From: Salinivirgaceae bacterium
Lineage (GTDB): Bacteria > Bacteroidota > Bacteroidia > Bacteroidales > Salinivirgaceae
Length of the DNA: 64,000 bases
Direction: 5' to 3'
NCBI GenBank assembly: GCA_027858775.1
Contig: JAQICA010000102.1
Location: forward strand, 11,692-75,691
Shown: in pieces, positions 17,520 to 26,783 of the stretch
Numbering within the stretch: position 1 is the stretch's first letter
Layout: each line of letters opens with the position of its first letter
Notes under the pieces: generated by a model
What the model was told of the DNA's origin: nothing
The model's database searches: none
The model's input: the letters and a program-made list of their open reading frames with translations, nothing else
Position numbers and translations under genes: made by a program

Positions 17520-18767
17520 TTAATCAAAGCGGATACTTTGTGTAGGGCGAATACGTGTTATGAGTAGCCCGGGAAGGAGCATCATAAGTATATTTACTGT
17601 AAACGAGGCCACATTCAGCAGTAGTATGTATCCCCAATTAAAATTCACGGGCACTTCTGTCAGGTAATAATTATCGGGGTCGAGTCCAATGATGCCAAAT
17701 TGGAGTTGAATAAAGCACAAACCAAGTCCTACAATATTGCCATACAGCATTCCTTTACCAATAATGCGCGCTGCGGTAATCAAAAAAATCTGAATAACCT
17801 GCTTGTTTGTAGCGCCCATTGCTTTAAAAAGTCCAATCTGATTGGTCTTTTCCAGAATATTAATCAGCAAACCGGTAATCATGTTAATGCCTGCTACTAA
17901 AGTGAGCAGAATGAGAATTACCCACACATTCATGTTCATCAATTGCAACCAATCGTATATTTGAGGTGCAATTTCGAGGGTCGATATCGTTTGTAATGAC
18001 TCATCATTTTCGTTAAACTCCAGCGACACGCGATCGCTGATGCGCATATGAACTGCACGCAATTCGTCAAAATCGTCGACTAAAATTTCGAATCCCGAAT
18101 ACTGATTCGAATCCCAACCATTTAGCTTTTGCAAGTGGCGCAAATCAACAATTCCATATAATTCGTCGTATGTTTTCAGATTAGTTTCGTAAATGCCAGT
18201 TAGCACAAAACGCCGCATACGTATTGGGTTTTGCATAAAAAACATATGGACACGATCGCCGACTTTTAACTGAAGCCTTCCTGCAATATATTGCGACAAG
18301 ACAATACCATTGGCCGGATTCTCACCATTTAATGAAAAATGAGTTCCATCAACAATATATTTTTCAAAAAAGCTCCAATCATATGCACTATCAATACCTT
18401 TAAGTACTACAGCTTCAATTTCATTATTTATTTTTATAACTCCGGGCTTGGAGACAAAGGAATGGATACTTTTCACATGATCGTATTGCGCAATTTCGTT
18501 AAGGTAAGACCATTCGTCGGTAACTGGAGCATATTCGTACGAACGGTTTAAATCGCGGTTAACCAATTGAATATGCGCACTAAACCCGGTTACCTTTTCG
18601 CGCATTTCATTCTGAAACCCCGTTACAATAGCAACGGCAGCAATCATAACTGCCACGCCCAGCGTAACGCCAAAAGTGGCAATGCGAATCATGGGTTTAG
18701 AAAGCAGGCGATTACCCTCAATACTTTTCTTTCCGTAACGGTTTGCTATGTAAAAGGCAAATTTCAT
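17520..18767 (-). CDS. LolC/LolE (FtsX-like) lipoprotein-releasing ABC permease
   Basis: 'GVTLGVAVMI...GFQNEMREKV', 'EKTNQIGLFKAMGA' and 'YYLTEVPV' motifs; 1+3 TM topology. Confidence 0.9.
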   Translation of the reverse strand: MKFAFYIANRYGKKSIEGNRLLSKPMIRIATFGVTLGVAVMIAAVAIVTGFQNEMREKVTGFSAHIQLVNRDLNRSYEYAPVTDEWSYLNEIAQYDHVKSIHSFVSKPGVIKINNEIEAVVLKGIDSAYDWSFFEKYIVDGTHFSLNGENPANGIVLSQYIAGRLQLKVGDRVHMFFMQNPIRMRRFVLTGIYETNLKTYDELYGIVDLRHLQKLNGWDSNQYSGFEILVDDFDELRAVHMRISDRVSLEFNENDESLQTISTLEIAPQIYDWLQLMNMNVWVILILLTLVAGINMITGLLINILEKTNQIGLFKAMGATNKQVIQIFLITAARIIGKGMLYGNIVGLGLCFIQLQFGIIGLDPDNYYLTEVPVNFNWGYILLLNVASFTVNILMMLLPGLLITRIRPTQSIRFD

Positions 18768-18825
18768 TTATATGGAACCACTTAATTCAATGAATATTTT
18801 GTACTATTGTGCAAATTTTACTACT

Positions 18826-19995
18826 ATGCGCAAAAATAGTTTAATCGTTGGGATTGTCCTGTTTTTTTCCTTCATTTTTACTTCGCAAGCACAAGAAATC
18901 ACTCCCGGAGCCGAACGCCTCGATATGTATGAACATATGCTCAAAGGCAAAAAAGTTGGCATCGTTGCTAATCATACCAGCAGAATAGAAGATCAACACC
19001 TTGTTGATTCACTTTTAAACAGGGGCATTACAATATCATACGTATTTTCGCCAGAGCACGGTTTTCGGGGCATAGAAGATGCAGGAGCTCATATTGAAAA
19101 CACTATTGATGAAAAAACCAACTTGCCGGTTATATCACTTTATGGCAGTTCAAAAAAGCCTCACGAAAAATATTTCAGCGACATCGACATTATGATTTTC
19201 GATATCCAGGATGTAGGGGTACGATTCTACACATACATTTCTACGCTTCATTATGTAATGGAGGCTTGCTCAGAGAATAACACTCCCCTTATAGTGCTAG
19301 ACCGCCCCAATCCCAATGGATTTTATGTAGACGGACCGGTTCTGAACCCTGAACACAGCTCATTTGTTGGCATGCACCCTATTCCCATTGTTCATGGATT
19401 GACAGTTGGAGAGCTTGCACAAATGATCAACGGAGAAAAATGGATAGAAAAACCATGCGACATCGAAATAATTCCCTGCAACAACTATTCACATAAAGAC
19501 CTGTACGATTTACCTTTGCGCCCTTCACCGAACTTGCCCAACATGCAAGCTATATATCTCTACCCTTCTTTGGGCCTTTTCGAAGGAACAATAATGAGTG
19601 TAGGCCGCGGAACAGACAGGCCGTTTCAAGTATACGGTCATCCAAACTATGTCGACAAAAATTACTCATTTATGCCACTCCCTACAGAAGGAGCATCGAT
19701 GCCGAAATACACAGGAACAGTGTGCTACGGTGTTGATTTTCAATCATTAATTACAAACAATGCGAATATTCACGGCCTTCGGATTGATTATTTGAAAGAT
19801 GCTTATTTAAAAACACAAAGCAGCGAAGAACCATTTTTCAAATCGTTTTTCACACTACTGGCCGGCAACAACGAGCTACAAAAACAGATCGAAGCCGGCA
19901 GTTCTGTCAATGAAATAAAACAAAGCTGGCAAAAGGAACTGACGCAATACAAAGAAACTAGGAAAAAGTACTTACTTTATGACGACTTTGAGTAA
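18826..19995 (+). CDS. namZ: Exo-beta-N-acetylmuramidase NamZ (DUF1343)
   Basis: NHTS, PEHG, DIQDVGVRFYTY, DRPNP and PSPNLP motifs; signal peptide from MRKN at 18826. Confidence 0.9.
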   Translation: MRKNSLIVGIVLFFSFIFTSQAQEITPGAERLDMYEHMLKGKKVGIVANHTSRIEDQHLVDSLLNRGITISYVFSPEHGFRGIEDAGAHIENTIDEKTNLPVISLYGSSKKPHEKYFSDIDIMIFDIQDVGVRFYTYISTLHYVMEACSENNTPLIVLDRPNPNGFYVDGPVLNPEHSSFVGMHPIPIVHGLTVGELAQMINGEKWIEKPCDIEIIPCNNYSHKDLYDLPLRPSPNLPNMQAIYLYPSLGLFEGTIMSVGRGTDRPFQVYGHPNYVDKNYSFMPLPTEGASMPKYTGTVCYGVDFQSLITNNANIHGLRIDYLKDAYLKTQSSEEPFFKSFFTLLAGNNELQKQIEAGSSVNEIKQSWQKELTQYKETRKKYLLYDDFE

Positions 19996-20023
19996 GTAGT
20001 AAAGCAAAAGGAAAGAATACAAA

Positions 20024-21979
20024 ATGGTATCAATAACGAATATTACAGTACGATTTGGAGGGGCAGCCCTATTCGAAGGCATTACATTTAAGGTTAACCC
20101 GCGCAACAAAATTGGGTTGGCCGGAAGAAACGGGGCAGGAAAATCGACCCTGCTGAAAATAATAGCCGGACAGCAGGAATACAATGAAGGCACCATTGCT
20201 ATAGCAAAAGAAACAACTATTGGCTATTTGCCTCAGCATTTGAAAATTGAGGATAAACATACCGTAATGGATGAAACCCTCACCGCATTTGTGCACATCA
20301 ATAAGCTGGAAGAAGAAATTAACGAGCTCAACAATTCCATAGCAACCCGAACAGACTACGAATCGGAAAGTTACCTCAATTTAATTACGCGTGTAACAGA
20401 AAAGAGTGAACGCTATCACATGTTTGGTGGCGACAAGCGCGAAGGCTTAGCAGAACAAACCCTGTTAGGGTTGGGCTTTACGGCAAAAGATTTTACTCGC
20501 CCCACATCGGAATTTAGCGGCGGCTGGCGCATGCGTATTGAGTTGGCCAAAATTTTATTGCAACGGCCAGACGTACTGTTGCTCGATGAACCGACAAACC
20601 ACCTTGATATTGAAAGTATTTCATGGCTCGAGGAACTACTAAGAAACTATAGCGGCTCTGTAATAATGGTTTCGCACGACAGGGCATTCTTAGATGCCAT
20701 AACAAATCGAACCATTGAAATTTCGATGGGAAAGATTTACGATTACCCTGTCCCCTATACCAAATACAAAGAGCTAATTGCCGAAAGGCGCGAGCAACAA
20801 AAGGCGGCGTACGACAATCAACAAAAGAAAATTAAAGAAACAGAAGATTTCATAGAGAAATTCCGATACAAAGCCACAAAAGCTGTTCAGGTGCAAAGCA
20901 GGGTGAAAATGCTGGAAAAAATGGATCGGGTAACAATCGACGAAACAGACTCAACGGTTATGAACTTACGTTTCCCGCCGGCCCCGCGTTCGGGCGACGT
21001 TGTATTAGTTGCCGATGAAGTGGGCAAGCGCTACGACGATAATTTGGTATTCAGCGACGCCACATTCGACATTGAACGAGGCGACAAGATTTCATTTGTA
21101 GGGAAAAACGGAGAGGGAAAAACAACCCTCGTACGCATTATAATGCAAGAGATCGATTACGATGGGCATTTAAAAATTGGTCACAACGTAAAGGTAGGTT
21201 ACTACGCACAAAACCAACCAGAAGCACTTAATCCAAAGAAAACCGTATTTGAAACCATCGACGATTTGGCTGTGGGCGACATGCGCACCAGAACCCGCGA
21301 TATCTTAGGATCGTTCTTGTTTAGTGGGGAAGACATCGATAAGCCAGTAAGTGTTTTAAGTGGTGGTGAGCGAGCTCGATTATCGCTGGCATGCATGCTT
21401 TTAGAACCTGTAAACCTTTTGGTGATGGATGAGCCCACACACCATTTAGATATGTTCTCGAAAGATGTGCTGAAACAAGCACTAAACAATTACAATGGTA
21501 CGCTCATTATTATTTCCCACGATCGATATTTTTTAGAGGGGCTAACCGAAAAAACGTACGAATTCAGAGACAAAAAAGTTATTGAGCACCTTGGTGGAAT
21601 TGAGGAGTTTATCAGAAAACGAAAACTGGACAGGCTTAACGAGCTTAATGCCACAGCAAACCACAAAGCAACCACTCAAAGTCAAGAGCAACCCAAACAG
21701 GTAGACAATAAAAAGCGTTACGAAGAACGTAATATTCTTGATCGGGAATTACGAAAGATGGAGAGAGAGGCCGAACAAAACGAAAAAAAGATAGAAAAGC
21801 TGGAGCAACAAATCGATTCAGTAAACCAAAAACTTGCCAATCCGGAAGATGCAAACTATGAAGAAGATACCAAAACGCTGCACGAACTCGAATCAGTGCT
21901 TGCAAAAGCAATGAAAGACTGGGAAGAAGCACTCGCTGGCGTGGAAACGTTGGAAAAAGAACGCGAAGCACTCTCATAG
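20024..21979 (+). CDS. ABC-F family ribosome-associated ATPase
   Basis: Two ABC domains (GRNGAGKS/FSGGW/LLLDEPTN; GKNGEGKT/LSGGE/LVMDEPT), no TM segments, C-terminal coiled coil. Confidence 0.95.
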   Translation: MVSITNITVRFGGAALFEGITFKVNPRNKIGLAGRNGAGKSTLLKIIAGQQEYNEGTIAIAKETTIGYLPQHLKIEDKHTVMDETLTAFVHINKLEEEINELNNSIATRTDYESESYLNLITRVTEKSERYHMFGGDKREGLAEQTLLGLGFTAKDFTRPTSEFSGGWRMRIELAKILLQRPDVLLLDEPTNHLDIESISWLEELLRNYSGSVIMVSHDRAFLDAITNRTIEISMGKIYDYPVPYTKYKELIAERREQQKAAYDNQQKKIKETEDFIEKFRYKATKAVQVQSRVKMLEKMDRVTIDETDSTVMNLRFPPAPRSGDVVLVADEVGKRYDDNLVFSDATFDIERGDKISFVGKNGEGKTTLVRIIMQEIDYDGHLKIGHNVKVGYYAQNQPEALNPKKTVFETIDDLAVGDMRTRTRDILGSFLFSGEDIDKPVSVLSGGERARLSLACMLLEPVNLLVMDEPTHHLDMFSKDVLKQALNNYNGTLIIISHDRYFLEGLTEKTYEFRDKKVIEHLGGIEEFIRKRKLDRLNELNATANHKATTQSQEQPKQVDNKKRYEERNILDRELRKMEREAEQNEKKIEKLEQQIDSVNQKLANPEDANYEEDTKTLHELESVLAKAMKDWEEALAGVETLEKEREALS

Positions 21980-22020
21980 TCAATGATAAGTACAGGAGCT
22001 AAACATAAAAAAAACATCAT

Positions 22021-22062
22021 AAATATTAAAAGCTACTTGATATCAAGTAGCTTTTAATATTT
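22021..22062. terminator. Perfect 42-bp palindrome between convergent genes (terminator-like)
   Basis: AAATATTAAAAGCTACTTGAT|ATCAAGTAGCTTTTAATATTT is its own reverse complement. Confidence 0.65.
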
Positions 22063-22090
22063 CTTCTATTTTAGGGGTATCCAGAAATCA

Positions 22091-22666
22091 CTAAATATAA
22101 AAATTCAGTCCACCACCAATAAAATGATATCCGGCATCAGTAACATTTATTGATGCTTCAAAAATAAATGCCATATTTTTCTTGAGCCCAACCTCCAAAC
22201 TTATCGGAATCCATCCAATAAACTGAGTATCTTTTCCATCCTTTTCACCTTTATCATCATATTTATCGATAAAGTTAATGTCGAGATCGAAACCAGAAGT
22301 AATTCGTACGTCGCTGCGTATGGGGTAAGTTGCCAAAATATTACCATCTAACCCAAAGTTACCAAAATGGTGTGCGCCACCCATTACAGAAAGGTAGCGA
22401 CCGATACCAAACTCTACATCACCGCCGATATACTCGTCATAATCGTTTAAAAACCCAACCTTAAGACCCAAATCAATACCTTTTTTAAGGCCATAACCAG
22501 CATGACCAAATAGGATAAACTCGCTGTCGCCATTTATAATAATTCCTGGCTCAACTCCAAGACTCCACTTTTTGGGTTTCAGCGTTTGTCCGGTGCTAAA
22601 TGTTTGCGAATAGCCAATGGCAACAGATAGCAAAACTATCAATGTAAGAGTTAACGTTTTTTTCAT
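22091..22666 (-). CDS. Small outer-membrane beta-barrel protein
   Basis: Signal peptide, alternating Gly/hydrophobic strands, terminal 'GGGLNFYI'. Confidence 0.7.
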   Translation of the reverse strand: MKKTLTLTLIVLLSVAIGYSQTFSTGQTLKPKKWSLGVEPGIIINGDSEFILFGHAGYGLKKGIDLGLKVGFLNDYDEYIGGDVEFGIGRYLSVMGGAHHFGNFGLDGNILATYPIRSDVRITSGFDLDINFIDKYDDKGEKDGKDTQFIGWIPISLEVGLKKNMAFIFEASINVTDAGYHFIGGGLNFYI

Positions 22667-22722
22667 GTTTCCTTTTTTTTTGAAATTTACTTAGGTACAA
22701 AAATAGTTATGTTAAGCGCAGC

Positions 22723-23196
22723 TTATGTTAACTGTTTATTAATATCGGTTAATAATTCCAGTCCCTTGATCAACTTTTTTGTATCGTGCTTATTCAATGC
22801 ATTAATGTTAACAGGTGGGTATCTAAAAAGTTCTCCTCGGTCTTTACGAAAAATCACCAGCATCTTTTTCAACCCAAAAAATGAAGGTTGAATTTCGTAA
22901 CCATAGACCTCCGTTGCCTTTATCTGAAATCGTTTGTATTCCTTATTAAGTGGTGCTAATCCAAAATACTTGACTTGTAATTTTTTCTTATCAATGGAAA
23001 TATTCAAATAATTGAATTCCATAAAATTAAGAGACAGGTAGAGCAATGCAATCACAATGGCCAAGGTCACAATAATTTCGAACCCGGAGTTAATGTCAAA
23101 AATAAGCAATGGCCCTACGGTAAACACAAATAAAAACGGCAAAGCAAAAAATACCAGCTTAATTTTCCGGGCGTTTGGTCTGTTATCAATATCCAT
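22723..23196 (-). CDS. Hypothetical membrane protein (2 TM + soluble C-domain)
   Basis: 157 aa; start overlaps the region just after the proline dehydrogenase stop. Confidence 0.7.
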   Translation of the reverse strand: MDIDNRPNARKIKLVFFALPFLFVFTVGPLLIFDINSGFEIIVTLAIVIALLYLSLNFMEFNYLNISIDKKKLQVKYFGLAPLNKEYKRFQIKATEVYGYEIQPSFFGLKKMLVIFRKDRGELFRYPPVNINALNKHDTKKLIKGLELLTDINKQLT

Positions 23197-23200
23197 AGCA

Positions 23201-24370
23201 CTATTGGTTTTCTGTTTTTCTTCGATTCTGTTCCTTCAAAATAAGCGACAATTCTCTTCCGGTTTGTCCGGCAACGGAAGTATTTTCTTCGGCGCGACGA
23301 ATCAAGTATGGAGCCACATGCTTTACCGGCCCGTACGGAATATATTTTGCCACATTATACCCGGCTTCAGCCAAGTTATAGCTTATATGGTCGCTCATAC
23401 CGTACAACTGAGAAAAGTATACCCGCGCATCGTTTTTAGCAAGCTTCTTGTCCTCAATTATTTGAGCAAGCAGCAAATTACTTTCTTCGTTATGCGTTCC
23501 GTTAAATACGTTTAAAATATCAATGTGCTCCATTGAAATGCGCAATGCATCGTTATACATTTTATCTGTATCATCTTTTGTAGCATTAATTGGCGATGGG
23601 TAGCCCTCCTGCTCTGCCCGGGCGCGTTCTTTTTCCATGTAAGCGCCACGCACAAACTTCACTCCCACAAAAAAACCTGATGTGCGAGCTTTCGCGATTA
23701 AGTTTTTCAAATATTCCAGTCTATCTGTGCGGTACATTTGAAGCGTATTAAAAACAACCACCCTCTCCTTATTGTATTTGAGCATCATTTCTTCTACCAC
23801 ATCATCAATGGCCTGCTGAAACCAATAATCTTCTGCATCGATAAGTAACCGAACATTACTATCAAAAGCCTTTTGCGCCATAATATCAATTCGTTGAGCA
23901 AAAGCTTTGTACTGTTCCTGCTCCTCGTCGGATACACTTTCTTTAAATGATATTTTTTTCAAGATGCGTGTATCAATCATGGCAGTTGGCTTGAATACAG
24001 CAAAGGGGATATTGGCATTAGTTGCGGCATTATCAATAGTGCGTAGCGTTTCTTCAAAAGCATTATTAATTCCTTGCTCCGTACTGGTTCCCTCAACTGA
24101 ATAGTCCAAAATAGATTGCACCTTGGATTTGGCCAATTTTTCAACAACTTGCTCACATTGCGCTATTGTTTCACCTCCCACAAAATGACGATATAGCGTT
24201 GGTTTAATAGCCCAGCCTATGGGGAAGTGAACTTTCTGCGCTATCCCCAGAGCAACTTTACCGGTCATCACCAGCCAATTTTGGCGAATACTATTAAAAA
24301 GAAATTTTGCACGGCGCAAATCACCTTCAGTTTTATCCTGAAAAGCTATCTTTGTATTATTAAAATCCAT
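23201..24370 (-). CDS. Monofunctional proline dehydrogenase
   Basis: LIDAE, NTLQMYR, VKFVRGAYME, THN, FSQLYGM, KYIPYG and YLIRRAEEN motifs. Confidence 0.93.
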   Translation of the reverse strand: MDFNNTKIAFQDKTEGDLRRAKFLFNSIRQNWLVMTGKVALGIAQKVHFPIGWAIKPTLYRHFVGGETIAQCEQVVEKLAKSKVQSILDYSVEGTSTEQGINNAFEETLRTIDNAATNANIPFAVFKPTAMIDTRILKKISFKESVSDEEQEQYKAFAQRIDIMAQKAFDSNVRLLIDAEDYWFQQAIDDVVEEMMLKYNKERVVVFNTLQMYRTDRLEYLKNLIAKARTSGFFVGVKFVRGAYMEKERARAEQEGYPSPINATKDDTDKMYNDALRISMEHIDILNVFNGTHNEESNLLLAQIIEDKKLAKNDARVYFSQLYGMSDHISYNLAEAGYNVAKYIPYGPVKHVAPYLIRRAEENTSVAGQTGRELSLILKEQNRRKTENQ

Positions 24371-24456
24371 ATTCTATGTTTTATTTTATAATTCATTGCT
24401 AAAATAAGGAAAACAACAGATTGAGGTAAATTACACCATCGCAAAAAAATAATTAA

Positions 24457-25500
24457 ATGACATTTACAACAAACCTTGCTGATGCACTAACAGCATACGT
24501 ATCGAATAGTACATTCTCCTCTCTATTTATACTTACAGACGAAAACGTTTACAAAAATTGCTTCACAGCCACAAGTCTTCAGAAATTGGTCGATACAAAA
24601 AATGTATTTATTCTGCCTCAGGGCGAAAATACAAAAAATATAGATACGTGCATATTTATATGGAATGAATTAAACCGACTGGGCGCCGACCGTAAATCAC
24701 TAATAATAAACCTTGGCGGAGGAATGATTACAGATTTGGGTGGTTTTATTGCATCGACTTACAAACGAGGCATTCGTTTTATTAACATCCCTACATCGAT
24801 GTTAGCCATGATTGACGCATCGGTTGGTGGGAAAAACGGCATCAATCTCGGACATTACAAAAATCAGATAGGCACTATTACACAGCCCGGGGAAGTTTTC
24901 GTTTACCCTTTGTTTTTAGAAACCCTGGATCGTAGAAATTACCTTTCGGGATTTGCAGAAGCACTAAAACACGGGTTTTTAGAGGGGCGCGAACTACTCG
25001 AAACGGCATACACATTTGCTCAAATGGAAATAAACAAACCATTTATTGCTTTCTTAAAACGCAACATTGAGGTAAAAGAACGTATCGTAGCAAAAGACCC
25101 GTTAGAAAAAGGCGACCGCAAGGCGCTGAATCTGGGACATACTGTAGGCCATGCCATTGAAGCGCTTTCGCACGAAAAAAATACTCCGCTACTCCACGGC
25201 GAAGCAGTAGCGTGGGGGCTTGCAGCAGAACTTTATATTTCGCATCTCACATATAATTTTGACGAAGCCACTGCCAAAAACTTCGAGACTTTCGTGCAAA
25301 ACTATTTCGTAAAACCCGATTTGGCCTATACCGACATCGATAAACTAATGGATTATATGCAGCAAGACAAAAAAAACGAACACGGAAAAATTAATTTCAC
25401 ACTGCTTAACGATATCGGCAATTTCAAAACAGATTGTGTGGTTGAGAAAGAAATAATTATTGAATCGATAAAAAAAATAATAGCACTATGCCAACAGTAA
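24457..25500 (+). CDS. aroB: 3-dehydroquinate synthase
   Basis: GGGMITDLGGF, PTSMLAMIDASVGGKNG and LNLGHTVGHAIE motifs. Confidence 0.96.
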   Translation: MTFTTNLADALTAYVSNSTFSSLFILTDENVYKNCFTATSLQKLVDTKNVFILPQGENTKNIDTCIFIWNELNRLGADRKSLIINLGGGMITDLGGFIASTYKRGIRFINIPTSMLAMIDASVGGKNGINLGHYKNQIGTITQPGEVFVYPLFLETLDRRNYLSGFAEALKHGFLEGRELLETAYTFAQMEINKPFIAFLKRNIEVKERIVAKDPLEKGDRKALNLGHTVGHAIEALSHEKNTPLLHGEAVAWGLAAELYISHLTYNFDEATAKNFETFVQNYFVKPDLAYTDIDKLMDYMQQDKKNEHGKINFTLLNDIGNFKTDCVVEKEIIIESIKKIIALCQQ

Positions 25501-26708
25501 AATACGAACCCGCAAAAAAAGCCATCAAAACCATTTTGCCCGGATCAAAAAGCATAAGTAACAGATTACTCATGATTTCTGCCATTGGCAATTTTATGCC
25601 CAGTTTTAAAAACCTGAACAAATGCACTGATGTAAAAACACTGTTCAATGCACTACACTCCAATACAAACGTGCTCGATGCAGGAGAAAGTGGCACCGCA
25701 CTACGGTTTTTAACCGCCTACATGTCAGGAATTGTGGGCGAATGGCATATTAAAGGATCCGAACGGCTTCACCAGCGCCCCATAAAACCACTGGTGGATG
25801 CACTAAAATCCATGGGGGCAGAAATTGTATACGATAAAACCATGGGCTACGCACCACTGACTATTACCGGAACAAAAATGAAAGGCGAAAGTGTTACCAT
25901 CAACATTTCTGATAGCAGCCAATACGCCTCCGCCATTATACTCATTGCTCCAATGTTGGAAAAAGGGCTTAAACTGCGGCTAGAAGGTGAGAAACGATCG
26001 CTACCATATATCGACCTCACCATAAATTTAATGGAGCATTTTGGTGTAAAAGTTATTCGCATGAACAACGAAATAGCTATTTTCCAGGGTCAGGAATACA
26101 AACCGTGCAATTATAAAGTAGAGGCCGACTGGAGCGCTGCAGCGTACTGGTATCAGCTTGCAGCACTGACCAAAGATTGCCAGATTAAGCTTTTGGGGCT
26201 CAACCCAAAATCTTTTCAAGGCGATAAGGCACTGCAATTTATCTACAAGAAATTGGGTGTAGAAACACATCAATCGGCACAGCACACGACGCTTTCAAGG
26301 AAAACAGAAAGCAACAATTCACCCTTAACGGTTGATCTGAGCCAAACGCCTGATTTATTTCCCTCGGTATTTTTAACTTGTGTTGGGTTGCAACGCCCCC
26401 TAACCATTAGCGGAATATCCAACTTGCGCATTAAAGAGAGTAACAGGATTGATGCTTGTGCAGCAATAGCAACGAGTATGGGAGCAGAAACTACAATAAA
26501 CGAAGATACTATCTGTATCGAAAACTATCCAAACCCATTACCTAAAAAACTCATAGTTGATGTACGCAACGACCATCGAATAGCAATGGCAGCAGCAATT
26601 CTATCGATTGTTATTCCTGAAGTAATAATAAATAACCCTGATGTAGTGGAAAAATCGTATCCTGAATTCTGGGAAGAAATGGCCAAGGCAGGCATTTCAA
26701 TTATTTAA
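25488..26708 (+). CDS. aroA: 3-phosphoshikimate 1-carboxyvinyltransferase (EPSP synthase)
   Basis: SKSISNR, GTALRF, RPIKPLV, SSQY, LRIKESNRI, DHRIAMA and KSYPEFW motifs. Confidence 0.95.
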   Translation: MPTVKYEPAKKAIKTILPGSKSISNRLLMISAIGNFMPSFKNLNKCTDVKTLFNALHSNTNVLDAGESGTALRFLTAYMSGIVGEWHIKGSERLHQRPIKPLVDALKSMGAEIVYDKTMGYAPLTITGTKMKGESVTINISDSSQYASAIILIAPMLEKGLKLRLEGEKRSLPYIDLTINLMEHFGVKVIRMNNEIAIFQGQEYKPCNYKVEADWSAAAYWYQLAALTKDCQIKLLGLNPKSFQGDKALQFIYKKLGVETHQSAQHTTLSRKTESNNSPLTVDLSQTPDLFPSVFLTCVGLQRPLTISGISNLRIKESNRIDACAAIATSMGAETTINEDTICIENYPNPLPKKLIVDVRNDHRIAMAAAILSIVIPEVIINNPDVVEKSYPEFWEEMAKAGISII

Positions 26709-26732
26709 GACATAAACAAAATAGTCACAAGC

Positions 26733-26766
26733 AAAAAAAAGGCTGCCAAATGGCAGCCTTTTTTTT
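26733..26766. terminator. Bidirectional intrinsic terminator
   Basis: AAAAAAAAGGCTGCCA-AA-TGGCAGCCTTTTTTTT between aroA and the POT transporter. Confidence 0.9.
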
Positions 26767-26783
26767 ATTAATATTTTGTAAGC

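Noticed and set aside
22031-22041. AGCTACTTGAT in the 42-bp palindrome resembles AGCTACTTAGAT at the left flank of element copy 1
   Set aside because: Short gapped match in AT-rich DNA with no other element sequence nearby; likely chance
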